NCBI RefSeq assembly: GCF_037042905.1
Contig: NC_087250.1
Span: 25,608,001 to 25,672,000 of the forward strand
DNA length: 64,000 bases
Reading direction: 5' to 3'
Origin: Lytechinus pictus
Lineage: Eukaryota
Below the pieces are notes generated by a model. That model did not search any database. It was not told where the DNA came from and saw only the letters and a list, made by a program, of their open reading frames with translations. Shown piece by piece: positions 1-13,447 of the stretch (positions are counted from its first letter, which is position 1; each line of letters begins with the position of its first letter). The position numbers and the translations under genes were made by a program.

Positions 1-646
1 TGAGAAAAAAAATTAATAAAACCACTGATGAACCAATATAGTTTCACCATTGATGGTGTAACGGGAGGCTCACCAAGAAAAATTAATGAGATGCCCTGAA
101 ATACTACTTGCTAATAAAACTAAAATAGCTCATATATATTTAGTATAAGATAAAAACACTAACTTATACAAATTATTGTACATTAAAAAAAAATATTACT
201 AGAATATATTTCATACAAATTAAGGCAAGTTACATAATAGTAGGCCATGTATGCTCAATTTTATAGGCCTACTGTTTTCTTTTTTTTTCGAGATAAGAAT
301 GTTCATCTGTAAAATTGTTATAGGGCCTATCCGATTTATATAACTTTGTATTATGTTTGAATGGAAATGAAAAAAAAAATGAATTGAAGTGAAGTGAAGT
401 GAAGTGAATTGAAATTACAAAATTATATGCGACATAAATTGGTCGATGAGAACATGGAATCATGTGGATGAAGGAATTGCCAAAGGACGATGACAGTTAA
501 AGCCAAAGGTAAGGAAATCCATAGAAGATGGGCTGATTAACTGTCTTTTGAATTAAATGTCAAAATTTACTATCAATGTTTTATTTTATTTATTTATCTA
601 TTTATTTATTTATGTGTTATCAATATGTTGTCTTTTATTATAATAG

Positions 647-718
647 GCCTATAAACGGACAGGGGGAACAGGTATTCGTAGATGCAAATTATTTGAGAAT
701 TTCATCCCGAGAATTCAG
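647..718 (+). CDS. Candidate 72-nt mini-exon of the LRR/NLR-like gene (AYKRTGGTGIRRCKLFENFIPRIQ)
   Basis: T-rich tract + AG at 645-646; open frame; donor CAG|gtaaaa at 719. Ends in phase 0, compatible with the exon at 7000. An alternative acceptor at 680-681 keeps the same frame. Confidence 0.35.
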
Positions 719-761
719 GTAAAAGACAAATCAATAACTGATCCCCATGTAATCACACTAG

Positions 762-2499
762 CAGTGGCGTAACAGGGGTCGGTGGCCAGGGGGGGGGGGG
801 GCAAGAGCCAAAAATTTCCCGGTCATACCATGGTATGAACAGGCGTAATGGTGTAATGAGGCGACTATTTTAAGAAGGCCAGATATTGCGTATCGGGCAG
901 AATTTATCTTTAAAAAAAGTTGCGAGCGAGCGAGCAAAAATTTTGACCTTTTTAATACAAAAATCCAATTTTGTGATCGATTTTGACATGATATCCAGAA
1001 TGATATATTTCACTCTTCTCTCTATAGATTCCTTTATTTTGTGGTCTGTACGCCACTGTGAACAGGATTCTTTGCGGCAGTAGCGTGAAGAGTAAAAAAA
1101 AATATAAAAAAACCGATGGCGGAGTATAGCACATGTGCTAAAAAGCTGCTTTATAAGTTCCGAGCGAGCGAAGCGAGCGAGAAAAAAATCACCTTTTCAT
1201 GAGAATCTAACTTTGAGCTATTTTTTTACATTATATTCAGTAAATAAAATCATATCCTACACTTTTCCTTTGCTTTTCTTTCCTCCTTTTTTTTTGGTTC
1301 TTGTTTGTAAAACTTTTGGGGCCAAGGCCCATCCCTTCCATACGCAGTGCTATACGGTTGGGGTCCGGGATGGAGCCCCCGGAACTTCTTGATATCAAAG
1401 CCATTTAAACCTCGCAGATTGCCGCTATTTTAATCAAATCGCGGGCATATACAGAATATAGCTTTTACACAACACATTTATTCAACCCAGTTGCGTAATG
1501 AAACAAATATTTTGAGGGGGCAAAACATAGCAATGTGGGAAAAATTTGTAAATAGTCGCCAGCGTGCAAAGCGAGCTGGAAAAAAATTGCCTATTGAAAT
1601 TAAATTCTAATTATGTGATAGATTTTCCCACTATATTCAGCAAATAACACATTTCATTGTTCCCATTCATTTCATTATACGTTGTCTCCTATAATTTTTT
1701 TTATTTCCTCTAGGGTGTGGAACCAAGATCCCACCCCCCCCCCGCGCCTGTATGCCAGTGATTGAACGTGATTTAACGGGGGGGGGGGGGGCGTTATAGA
1801 GCCATTTGAAGGTTATAAATGAAGAGCCCCTACTGCGTGGGGTCTGCATGGGGCAAAGGTAGCTTATTTGCATAAAATTTAGCAAGCTTATAGCAGAATG
1901 TTGTATGCAGTCCATCTTTCTTCCCGCTCTTTAATTTCAATTATCAGCAGCCTGGTTGTGTTCCAGGGGCCGCGGAAGCGCGGGGGTGGGGGGGGGGGGC
2001 TTCAGCCCCCCACTTTTTTCCAAAACCATGTACAAACAACTAAAAATTACCATACGATTGTGATTTTCTGCATGGTCAGCCCCCCTCCCCCACTTTGATA
2101 ACCGTTACGCAGCCCCTGTGTTTGTCTAATTCCTTTCTACCTTCGTTTCCCGCTATTGTTTGTCAATTTGTCATCTTTTGATTTATTTCCCATCATGCTA
2201 TTGCATACATAGGCCTATTTCAAAATGATTTGTTCTTTCTCAAATGTTCTTTTTTCTTACATTTTCCCGCTTTCCTTCCTTTTCCATTTAAAAAAAGTTT
2301 TCTTCGTTTTCTTTTCGCTTTTTAACTTTCCTTTTCCTCCTTTCCTTTTCCCCTTTTCTTCCCCTTTCCCTTTCTTTCTTCCTCCTTTTTTTTCTTTTTC
2401 CCGTTTTTCTTTTATTTTCCCGGTGAAATCCGCCAGGGGGGGGGGGGCAGCTTGCCCCCCCCCCTGCCCACCCCCCCCCCCCCGCCTGTTACGCCACTG
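762..2499 (+). mobile_element. Non-autonomous TIR DNA transposon (CAGTGGCG termini with G-tracts, hAT-like)
   Basis: CAGTGGCGTAACAGG at 762 and its reverse complement CCTGTTACGCCACTG ending at 2499. A second inverted partial copy lies at ~22560-23180. No clean TSD. Confidence 0.75.
1964..2118. mobile_element. Small MITE nested in the 762-2499 element
   Basis: CAGGGGCCGCGGAAGCG ... CGTTACGCAGCCCCTG imperfect TIRs with G/C tracts. Confidence 0.6.
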
Positions 2500-2758
2500 A
2501 CTAATAGTTTATTGAGATGCAATCTGTCATTCATATTTTTCAATTGTATATGAGGTTGGATTCTTTTCTTCAAGATAAAAGCCGGAGACAGCACCATTTT
2601 TCACAGCGTTACACGTACGAGCTATGTATACATCCGGGTACTTCTGCAAATCGAGACCTATCGAGCAATGGCCGACCACGCTCCGCGCAATCACAGACGT
2701 TAAGTACGCGCGCCTATGGCGACTCCGCACTCTAGCGTAATTAGTATACATCTCTATG
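2500..2758 (-). mobile_element. Probable orphan DNA-transposon end (CATAGAG-type terminus on minus strand) abutting the duplicated block
   Basis: CpG-rich segment ending ...TATACATCTCTATG exactly where similarity to 11428 begins. No partner end found in the window. Confidence 0.35.
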
Positions 2759-4755
2759 GTCAAAACACTATATTGTAACATTGAGGGATGTGTACTTAAT
2801 AATGGCTTCTCTACTGGTTACTTCCCTATTTCCAGAGGTGTAAGGCAGGGGATCCCTTATCTCCGTATCTTTTTCTGATAGCCATCGAAATTCTAGTTGT
2901 ACGTATAAGACAATAAAGGGAGATTATAGGTATTAGTTTTGGATCATACGAATCCAAACTTTCAATGTACGCCGATGACTTTTGTGCTTTTTGTTCAAAT
3001 TATAATTCAGTGAAAGTCTTATTTAAAATACTAAGACAATTTCAGTGTTGTTCCAGCCTGATTTTTAATAAAGAAAATACACAAATACTAAAAGTTGGCA
3101 AGTACAGAGATGGCCAATGTATTGATGGCGTTAGGACAGTAGAAAATATAAAAGTCCTTGGAACAGATGTTGGGTATGATGCTGCCGACCTCCAAGAGGG
3201 AAAAATTAGAGATCTAGTGCTATCCACAAGACGAGAATTAAATATGTGGAAACAACGAAATTTAACCCTGTTTGGTAAAATACAAATCATTAAGTCATTC
3301 GGGATATCAAAATTCATATATCTTTTTTCATCAATTATCTTACCTAGCTGGGCAGTGAAAGAAATTGAAGCAATTTTTTATGGATTTTTGTGGAAAGGGA
3401 AAGATAAAATAAGGAGAAATGTACTTATTCAACAGATCGAAGAGGGAGGCCTCAAAATGGTTGATGTTAAATCGGCAATTTCTGCTCAGCAGCTAATGTG
3501 GATTTTAAGAATAAAAAGTGGGAGCAACCAAGATTGGTATAATATTTTCAAATCTTATACATGGAAAACAGGCGGAAAATTTTTACTTAACTGTAATTTT
3601 GAAAACAATTTATTACATTCACAGCTCCATTCGTTTTATATTTCTGTATTGGAAAATTGGCAATTTATTCGTTCCTCAAAAGAAGATGAATCACTTGTTA
3701 ATCAGATTATTTGGAATAATTCAGAGATACTGCTCAACAAAAGAATTATTTTTTTCTCAACACCTATTTGATAAAGGGATTATATCCAGGCATCATATTT
3801 TGACATCAGATAGCTCTCTAAAAAGTTATAACTTGCTTAAAGATCAATTTGACATAAACGGCAATGACTATTTGCTACTGAAAGGAATATACTACTCTAT
3901 AAAAATGAACAGTGATCAAAATGTTATTCAATTCCATGTAGACGAAATTAATTTTCTAAAAGACAATATGATAATGCCGGTTACATTTAGAGAAGTTAAG
4001 TCTATACGTAGCAAAAACTTTTACGATTATTTGGTTAAAAGTAAGAGAGAACAATCTCTCAGTTCTTTTCGATTAAAGAGTAAATACAGTTTAAGCGATT
4101 CCGAATTACACAAAGTTAGAAAGATAATGATAAATACGACCATTGACACAAAAACTAGAGAATTTCACTTCAAAGTGCTAAACAACATTTTGTTTTTTAA
4201 CTATAGGCTGTATAAAATGAAAATAAAAGATTCACCAGAATGCTCTTTGGGTTGAAAAGAATATGAAACCTTAGAACATGCACTATGGTATTGTATTTAA
4301 GTACAAATATTATGGGATGAATTCAAGGCTTATTTATCGATGTTGGATTTTTCAACACTAGGCGAGCAGACCATAATTATTGGATTTTTACATGACAAAC
4401 AAGATGCTAAAATAAAGAATCATGTTTTACTTATAGCAAAGAGGTGTATTTACACGAGCATAAACGGTAACAATAAGCCAAGCATTGACTATTTTAAAAG
4501 AATGTTGTTTTCTTTGTACACAGAAGAAATGCACATCGCTAAATAGAAGGGGAAGTTGTATATCCATCAAAGAAAATGGAAATGTATTATGCCACTATTC
4601 ACTTCGAATCACTAATTGTATGTAACGAACCAGTACTTTCTTTGTTATATGCATTATTATGTGTAAACACAAAAAGTATGAATGTATCCTTATCGATCTG
4701 TATCATATGTTTTATTGGAAAGTATCAATAAAATACTATTGAAATATAAAAAAAA
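2758..4755 (+). pseudogene. L1/Tx1-clade LINE ORF2 3' fragment (RT C-terminal half + zinc-binding region), frameshifted
   Basis: GVRQG and YADD motifs, LTLFGKIQIIKS, FLWKGK, and CSLG*KEYETLEHALWYC, followed by AATAAA and an A tail at ~4727-4755. Confidence 0.93.
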
Positions 4756-5769
4756 AGCATAAATAATTTTCTAGACAAAATTTCAAAATTTTGTGTACAA
4801 ATTGGGTGAACCTCATGCAGCTCTACCAGATGGAAGAAAAAAAAATCAAAATCGGTCAACAAATAAAGAAGAGGCATTTTCTGTGAATAATGAATACATT
4901 TCGCGTAAATTAGCATAAATAATTTTCTACTGAAAATTTCAAAATTCTGTGTAGAAGTTCGGTTAACCTCATTAAGTTCTACCAGATGGAAGAAAACAAA
5001 TCAAAATCGATCAACAATTAAAAAAGAAGAAGCATTTTATGTGAATTTTAAAAAATACGCATGACTTAGCATATTTAATGAGTTTCAAAATTATGTGTAG
5101 AAGTTTTAAACCCCCCACCTAGTGCTATCATATAAAGCAAACAGAATTAAAATCAGACTTGAAATGACGAAGAAGAAGCATTTTGAAATTTAGTCAACAA
5201 ATTAAGAAGAGGCATTTTCTACAGATGATTTATTAATTTTGCATAAATTAGCATAAATAATTTTCTTCTCCAAATTTAAAAACTTTGTGTAGAAGTTTGG
5301 TGAACCTAATGAAGCTCTGCGAGATGGAAGAAAAACAAAATCAAAATTGGTCAACAAATAAAGAAGAAGAGGCATTATATGTGGGTTTTTTTTTAATATG
5401 CATAAATTAATTTCGCATAAGTTAGCATAAAAATTGTTCTGGTCAAAATTAAAAAAATTATGTGTAGAAGTTTGGTGAACCTCATAAAGCTCTACCAGAT
5501 GAAAGCAACAAAATCAAAATCGGTCAATTAAAAAAAAAGAAGAAGCATTTTGTTTGTGAATTTTGAAAAATGTGCATAAATTAGCATATTTAACGAGTTT
5601 CAAAATACTGTGTAGAAGTTTTGAATTCCCCACCTAAAGCAAACAGAAAATGGAAATCGAACTTGAAACGGCGAAAAAGAAGCATTTTTAATTGTGGACG
5701 GACGACAGACGACGGACGCCACGCCACGGCATAAGCTCATCTGGCCCTTCGGGCCGGATGAGCTAAAAA
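4756..5769 (+). mobile_element. HINE (non-autonomous Helentron, pearl/Tsp-like) distal part, copy A
   Basis: ~160-170-bp tandem repeats (AATTAGCATAAATAATTTTCT...GTAGAAGTTTGGTGAACCTC), a GACG microsatellite, and terminal hairpin AGCTCATCTGGCCC-TTC-GGGCCGGATGAGCT at 5734-5764. Confidence 0.75.
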
Positions 5770-6999
5770 TAGCCAAAAAATAGTTGAAAAATATTGGTGA
5801 AGGTTGAGCGAATTCCATAAAAGATAAAGAAAGGTATTAAGCTTTATAATTTCGCAGATGTGACGTCATAAACGAGTGGGTGTCACATTTTTTAACGGCC
5901 GCAAAATGATTGTCTATTAATAAAACGAAGTACAATAAAACCCATTTCAGATTTTCGGAGAAAATGAAATTTCCTTGGTTTTTGACGTTACGATATGCAG
6001 GAAAGTTGTGGCATATGACGTCACAAATCAAATAATTAAAATTCTAATAATTTTGTTATTCTTTGATGGATTTTTCTTTAAAAAAAATATGCCAATATTT
6101 TTCTTCCATTCTTCTGGCTATTATTGCAATAAACTTTTGTCAAGGTCAACTTTCCTTTTAAAACTGTTAATACAGTTTGACTGTACTAGCACAGGAGTAG
6201 ATCAATCACTGTAATATGTTATATTTTCCCCCTTCAAGATATGTGCCAGGGAATCAACATATACCTTTTCTGATATTTCTTTTTTTCATGCATTCTATTT
6301 ATCTATTTATTTATCTATTCATATATTTATTTATTTATTTATTTGTTTATTTATTATTATTATTTTTTTTTTTTTGGGGGGGGGGATTCACCAAAGCATT
6401 GTCGTAACTGAAGGGGCTACCCTGGTAAATTGAAACTGAAATAAATTCGCGATGGTTGTAATTCATTTCGTCATGCTGGTTAAAACCAGGGCTCTGTGCC
6501 AAACATTAAGTGGCCGCCAAAATACCGAAACAGACATAAACCATCCGTATACTCACAAAATTAAAAATTACCAATCACACAAAACAGAGGAAACTGAACT
6601 TCATATAATTACTTGAAAAATCGTGTTGTGTGTTTTTTCGGGAAATTAAAGCAAGTATATGAAAAGAGTAGTGCAATGTTTTATGAAATTTCGTATGCAA
6701 AAATGTAAAATTAATAAAGTAGTCTCTATTGTGTGACTGAACGTGCAGAACATAATCTCGAAGTAAGGACATTACATTTTTCTCGCCAAAATAAAACGTT
6801 TCGAGATGTCTAAAGATCCAATATATAAGGCCATCATTTTTTTTTTAAACTAGCGATATATATTACTCAATTTGTTAATTCCTGTAGCATCTATCCAACC
6901 AATAAATAGTGAATAATAATCACGCTTGAAAAACGTTTTGTTATTCATATAACAACATTTTTAATATATGCACGAATTTGTTTTCATTTTTTTCTTCAG

Positions 7000-7520
7000 A
7001 TAACCAAATGTCAACTGTCTCCAGAGATGACTACGAGAGTGTGGTCCTGTCTGAGTTCCTTCGCCTCACTGAACCATCTCAACATCTCAGACTCATCTAT
7101 CGGTTTCCCTTCATCTCCTCCTGAGCTAAAATCCATCACAGAGCTATCAACTGAGGGAGTGACGTCACAATGCTATGAAGGGTTGATCTCATCACTCCCT
7201 GCTTTGGTGCATATCGATATCACTATCGATGATTCAGAGGAGGACATAGCCCATATCGTATCTGTTCTCCGTCGGACAGGGGGACAGAAGCTCGAACGAA
7301 TAATTATTCGTGACACTCCGTCATCATTCCCGTCACGGAAGAGACCTTTGTGGAGTGAGACAGAGGGAGGACTGAGGCTGCTATACGACAAATCTGATTA
7401 TTCGGACACTGCCACGAACATGCTCATATTGCAAAGCGCTAGACATATGGAAAAGAAAGGTCATGTTGAAGTCTTAGAGTCGTTTGCATTTTTGGCACAA
7501 TTGGCTCGACTTAAACTAGA
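7000..7520 (+). CDS. Internal exon encoding a degenerate LRR block of an NLR-like protein (module 1)
   Basis: Acceptor TTTTTTCTTCAG at 6999 and donor AGA|gtgagt at 7521; open frame ITKCQLSPEMTTRVWSCLSSFASLNHLNISDSS with LxxLxI periodicity; phase 0 to phase 2; paralogous to 15712-16214. The NLR assignment rests on recalled resemblance to echinoderm NLR LRR regions. Confidence 0.8.
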
Positions 7521-8262
7521 GTGAGTTGATATTTTTAGACAATAAAACATATTGTACGTGGTTGCGTTCTTAGATAAAAATTGAATCAGCTACAAAGATT
7601 AGGCAAATTAAAATCCACCACAATTCTATCAATGCAACATGTACAGTTTATAGAAAGTTGTATGCCCTTCTTAATTTTTTTTCCTACTCTCAATCAATAA
7701 TCATTTCCATTTGAATTTGCAACTGCGTCCACAATTTTCAAATGAACGATTGTCCTAAAGAGCCTAGAGAAAAAGTAAAGCAATTAAAATAATATTGATA
7801 ATTTTTATTACGCCTATACTAAATTATTGTCATCACTTACTTTTATTTTCGTTTCTTTTTTATTACACATTGATGACGTTATGTAAATCGTAATTTTCTT
7901 TAGTACTAACTTACATAACGTATTGCAAGAAAAAAAAACCGTGGACCTTACAAGGTAAAAAACGAATGCTGTATTAAACTGCATTATCATGACGATTGAA
8001 TCATTTGACCACAGGGTTTTATTACGTTCCCGAAGTATATGAATTGGAGGCCTAACTGGCCATTTCCCCTTGATATACATGCTAGGGATCTATTAAAAGG
8101 GTAATCCATTGACATGGAAGATTTCTATTAGACATTTTTTGTTAACAAAAAATTAAAACGGATTTAGAGATCATAAGGCCATCGATATGTTTCCGACAAC
8201 ACGTTTTTTATTTTTCCCTCAAAATGATATGTCATAATATAGCATTTTCCTCTATTATATAG

Positions 8263-8311
8263 ATTCCGTGATGGTGGGTCTTTCAACTTCGAAAGGACGT
8301 TTGGGGTAAAG
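8263..8311 (+). CDS. 49-nt linker mini-exon ((E)FRDGGSFNFERTFGVK)
   Basis: Acceptor ttttcctctattatatag and donor AAG|gtgagc. Phase 2 in and phase 0 out, joining 7520 to 15712 in frame. Confidence 0.7.
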
Positions 8312-9013
8312 GTGAGCATTGATTGTTTCGAAGTGTTTTGATATGTTTAATGTGCTTAGCATTACCACTAAACGATCATTGAAAGCAATCGAACGTATGA
8401 TCCCATCATTAGGAAAAGTGTTTAAACGCAATTATTAGCCCCCTGTTCGCATGCAGGTTCTTATTCTAAAGTACTATATTTTTAAATACGATAACTAAAG
8501 GGGAAGTTTACCCTGAAGAAGAAAATGTTATAACTGGCGCATCAATGATGTGGAGCTCATCCGGCATCTCGCAACAAAATTTTAATTTCAGCCTATTTGA
8601 CACTGTAGTGAATTACATTGGTGACATAAATTGAGGATATAGAATTGAAATTGATAAAAAAAAATGACATAGAAGCATTTTTTTGTGTGATCTATGATTA
8701 AAGTTTATGTAAATTAAGCATAAATAATTTTCTAGTCAAGATTCCTAAACTCTGTAGAACCTTGGTGAACCTCATGTAGCTCTCAGATGGAACAAAAATA
8801 ATCAAAATCAATCAACAAAAAAATAAGTATTTTTTGCGAGTTTTGAAAATATATGAATAAATTAGCATATTTAATGAGTTTCGAAATTCTGTGTTGAAAT
8901 GTTGTATCTACACCTCGAGCTATCATATAAAGCAAACAAAATTGAAATTGATCAATAAATGAAAAAAAAACGCTTTTTGTGATTTACGAATAAACTGCAG
9001 AAATTAGCATAAA

Positions 9014-9286
9014 TTCCTACGATATCGCGATCGCGAAACATTTCTACGAGCAGCTTCATCGAAAGGGAAATCGCTTAAAGTCAACGATTCTCGTATCTTC
9101 GTAAGCGACGACGTCCATCCATCGACTCGTAAGGAACATCAGATCTTGATGAAGAAAGTTCGCGAGCTTCGCGCTGCAGGAAACTTCGCCTTTATTCCGT
9201 GGTCAGTTCCCCGTGTCATCAAATATAAAGAAGGGAAAAAAGATGATCCTGGCGCTTTAAAAACAATCAGGCCGGACGACCTTTAA
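9014..9286 (+). pseudogene. LINE ORF1 C-terminal fragment (L1-type RRM/CTD region)
   Basis: Own translation, not in the ORF track: FLRYRDRETFLRAASSKGKSLKVNDSRIFVSDDVHPSTRKEHQILMKKVRELRAAGNFAFIPWSVPRVIKYK...DDL*. Confidence 0.75.
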
Positions 9287-12200
9287 CATGTTCGATCATT
9301 TGCAAAGGAAAATGTAAACACTGAGTGTCACATATGGAGCTCCATACACTGTTTGGCAGATGCTAATCATCAGTGCTGTTACTTTTTTGTTATGTACAAT
9401 TTATGAGCAATATATTTTTTTACAGTGTCCTCTACACATGATACAAATAATCAATTTATTCAAGGATACGAATAGTAGAAAAAATTATTTTCCGAAGTGG
9501 TATATATGGGATGTAGTTTAATTAAAATGATTTTCAAACCAAAGAAAAAAAACTTTTATGTATGACCAGTTTTAAAATCATATCACTCAATGTACGAGGT
9601 ACATGTATAAGGAATTACGTTAAAAGAAAGAAAATTTTTATTTTTTTGCAAAACCAAAGGGCAGATATATTCTGCTTACAAGAAACACACAGTACAAAAG
9701 AAGTGGAATTATTTTGGAGAAACCAAATGAAAGGTGACTTTTTCTTTTCTCATGGTTCTAATTGCAGTCAAGGTACCCTAATATATATTAAGAATGGTTT
9801 AGACTATGTGCTAAAGAGATCGATTTCTGACCCAAATGGTCGATATAATCTTATTTTGATTGAAGTTGAAGGAAAATTACTCGTTTTGTTAAACATATAT
9901 GCAACGGACATTGTTACAGAGCAGAGATATTTTTGGTCTCGTGTAAAAGAGGTATTAGAAAGTATTGAGAACACTGAGGAAACAGTGTTACTGCTAGGCG
10001 GAGACTTCAATATTTGTCTAGATCCTCAATTGGATAGACTTGGAATTACAACCGTAGATAATTACAAAGAAAGTAGAAGAGATTTAATATCTCTGCTCTG
10101 TGAACATGACCTGGTGGACATATGGCGTCGCCAAAACCCTAAATTGAAGAGGTATGCATGGAGAAGGAATGACTTAAAAAGTCAGAGTAGATTAGATTAC
10201 TGGCTAATCTCAAATGAGATTCAAGATTTTGTGTCTGATGTTAATATCATACCATCGATAGCCACAGACCATTCTGCGATTATATTGTATCTTACTTTGA
10301 AAAAAGAAAAACCGGGAAATGGATATTGGAAATTTAATTCTTCTTTATGTTCTGATGAAAAATACTGTGAATCCCTTAAGGGAGATTTTGAGATATGGAA
10401 ATAACAATGTGAATCATTCGACCCTGCATTTACATGGGAATATCTTAAATTTAAAATTAGAAGAATGACACAAATATTTAGCAAAAAGAAAGCCAAGTTG
10501 GTTAAACAGAAACGTATTGAGTTAGAAGATAATGTGAAAAAACTAGAATATATCATCGGAGAAGGGGATAAGAATAAGATCTCACAGTATGAGAAAGCTA
10601 AAGAAGAATTAGAAGAATATTATAGAATTGTCACAAATGGATTAGAGTACGGTGAAAGAAGTAATAAATATTTTTTGTCTCTTGAAAAGCATCATAAAAA
10701 CAAATCTACCATTCGTAAGCTTGAAGTACAAAATGAAGTTCTAGAAGATGAAAGTAATATTCTTAAAGAAATAAAAAAAAATTATAAATCATTGTACTTG
10801 AAACAGCATGTTGAGTTGGACGATTCTAATGCCAGATCATTTTTGTACAATGAGATTAAACGTTTGGATGAAGAATCCCGAAACAGTTGTGAAGGTCTAT
10901 TAAAAATAGACGAATGTCAGGCAGCGGTTAAAGCAATGCCAGTCGGAAAAATCACCAGGTAATGACGGATTCACAAAATAATTTTAAGTGAGATTTTGGG
11001 ACATTTTGTCTGGCCCTCTGGTAGCGGCATTGAATTATTCTTTTATAAAATCCGAATTATCTTCAAGTAAAAAACAGAGTGTTGTTACGTTGATACTTAA
11101 ACCAAACAAAGATAAAAGATTTTTGGAAAATTATCTACCTATTTCATTGATGAATGTTGATGTCAAAATTTGCTCTAAAGTTCTTTCAACACGCTTACAA
11201 AAAGTAATACATTCAATAATCAATCCAGATCAACATGCTTTTATTAAAGGAAGAAATATTGCAGAGGCAATTCGGAATGTGCATGATATGTTTTACTACC
11301 TTAATACTGAAGAAAAGGATGGTTACATTGTATCGATCGACTTTAAAAAAGCCTTCGATTCGATCGATCATGAATTTATATTTAAAGCCCTTGAATCGAT
11401 TGGCGTAGGCCCAATTTTTATCAAGTGGGTCAAAACACTATATTGTAACATTGAGGGATGTGTACTTAATAATGGCTTCTCTACTGGTTACTTCCCTATT
11501 TCCAGAGGTGTAAGGCAGGGGATCCCTTATCTCCGTATCTTTTTCTGATAGCCATCGAAATTCTAGTTGTACGTATAATACAAGAAAGGGAGATTATAGG
11601 TATTAGTTTTGGATCATACGAATCCAAATTTTCAATGTACGCCGATGACTTTTGTGCTTTTTGTTCAAATTATAATTCAGTGAAAGTCTTATTTAAAATA
11701 CTAAGACAATTTCAGAGTTGTTCCAGCCTGATTTTTAATAAAGAAAATACACAAATTCTAAAAGTTGGCAAGTACAGAGATGGCCAATGTATTGATGGCG
11801 TTAGCACAGTAGAAAATATAAAAGTCCTTGGAACAGATGTTGGGTATGATGCTGCCGACCTCCAAGAGGGAAAAATTAGAGATCTAGTGCTATCCACAAG
11901 ACGAGAATTAAATATGTGGAAACAACGAAATTTAACCCTGTTTGGTAAAATACAAATCATTAAAAAGTCATTCGGGATATCAAAATTCATATATCTTTTT
12001 TCATCAATTATCTTACCTAGCTGGGCAGTGAAAGAAATTGAAACAATTTTTTATGGATTTTTGTGGAAAGGGAAAGATAAAATAAGGAGAAATGTACTTA
12101 TTCAACAGATCGAAGAGGGAGGCCTCAAAATGGTTGATGTTAAATCGGCAATTTCTGCTCAGCAGCTAATGTGGATTTTAAGAATAAAAAGTGGGAGCAA

Positions 12201-13447
12201 CCAAGCTTGGTATAATATTTTCAAATTTTATACACGGAAAACAGGCGGAAAATTTTTACTTAACTGTAATTTTGAAAACAATTTATTACATTCACAGCTC
12301 CATTCGTTTTATATTTCTGTATTGGAAAATTGGCAATTTATTCGTTCCTCAAAAGAAGATGAATCACTTGTTAATCAGATTATTTGGAATAATTCAGAGA
12401 TACTGCTCAACAAAAGAATTATTTTTTTCTACACACCAACACCTATTTGATAAAGGGATTATATCCAGGCATCATATTATGACATCAGATGGCTCTCTAA
12501 AAAGTTATAACTTGCTTAAAGATCAATTTGACATAAACGGCAATGACTATTTGCTACTGAAAGGAATATACTACTCTATAAAAATGAACAGTGATCAAAA
12601 TGTTATTCAATTCCATGTAGACGAAATTAATTTTCTAAAAGACAATATAATAATGCCGGTTACATTTAGAGAAGTTAAGTCTTTACGTAGCAAAAACTTT
12701 TACGATTATTTGGTTAAAAGTAAGAGAGAACAATCTCTCAGTTCTTTTCGATTAAAGGGTAAATACATGCAGTTACGCAGTTTAAGTGATTCCTAATTAT
12801 ACAAAGTTAGAAAGATAATGATAAATACAACCATTGACACAAAAACTAGAGAATTTCAGTTCAAAGTCCTAAACAACATTTTGTTTTTTAACTATAGGCT
12901 GTATAAAATGAAAATAAAAGATTCACCAGAATGCTCTTTGGGTTGAAAAGAATATGAAACCTTAGAACATGCACTATGGTATTGTAATTATGTACAAATA
13001 TTATGGGATGAATTCAAGACTTATTTATCGATATTGGATTTTTCAACACTAGGCGAGCAGACCATGATTATTGGATTTTTACATGACAAACAAGATGCTA
13101 AAATAAAGAATCATGTTTTACTTATAGCAAAGAGGTGTATTTACACGAGCATAAACGGTAACAATAAGCCAAGCATTGACTATTTTAAAAGAATGTTGTT
13201 TTCTTCGTACACAGAAGAAATGCACATCGCTAAAAGGAAGGGGAAGTTGTATATCCATCAAAGAAAATGGAAATGTATTATGCCACCTATTCACTTCAAA
13301 TCACTAATTGAATGTAACGAACCAGTACTTTCTTTGTTATATGCATTATTATGTGTAAACACAAAAAGTATGAATGTATCCTTATCGATCTGTATCATAT
13401 GTTTTATTGGAAAGTATCAATAAAATACTATTGAAATATGAAAAAAA
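9015..13447 (+). mobile_element. 5'-truncated L1/Tx1-clade non-LTR retrotransposon
   Basis: ORF1 tail, spacer, APE-RT ORF2, AATAAA at 13419-13424 and an A tail. TSD AGCATAAAT at 9006-9014 and 13448-13456. Confidence 0.95.
9562..13423 (+). pseudogene. LINE ORF2: apurinic-like endonuclease + reverse transcriptase + C-terminal zinc-binding region, with several stops and frameshifts
   Basis: APE motifs SLNVRG, LQETH, GGDFN, SRLDY and TDHSAI; RT motifs PISLMNVDVKI, DFKKAFDSIDH, GVRQG and YADD. Confidence 0.95.

Larger units (their letters stand above)
2758..7062 (+). repeat. Segmental duplication copy A (partner 11428-15774)
   Basis: Near-identical over ~4.3 kb: LINE 3' half, HINE repeats, MITE end, unique intron and the first 63 nt of the exon. 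Spurious ORFs 5837/14516 and 5975/14654 translate identically. Confidence 0.97.

Noticed and set aside
430..510. Possible exon ending at AAG|gtaagg (509)
   Set aside because: All three frames hit stops within ~45 nt upstream and there is no clear acceptor.
2225..2500. Phe/Pro-rich 91-aa ORF
   Set aside because: Translation of a polypyrimidine tract and G/C runs inside a MITE.
9562..12450. RT as part of a retron, DGR or group II intron system next to a variable gene
   Set aside because: APE-RT-zinc architecture, ORF1, poly(A) tail and TSD identify an ordinary L1/Tx1 LINE. It is disabled, and the exon differences are not adenine-specific.
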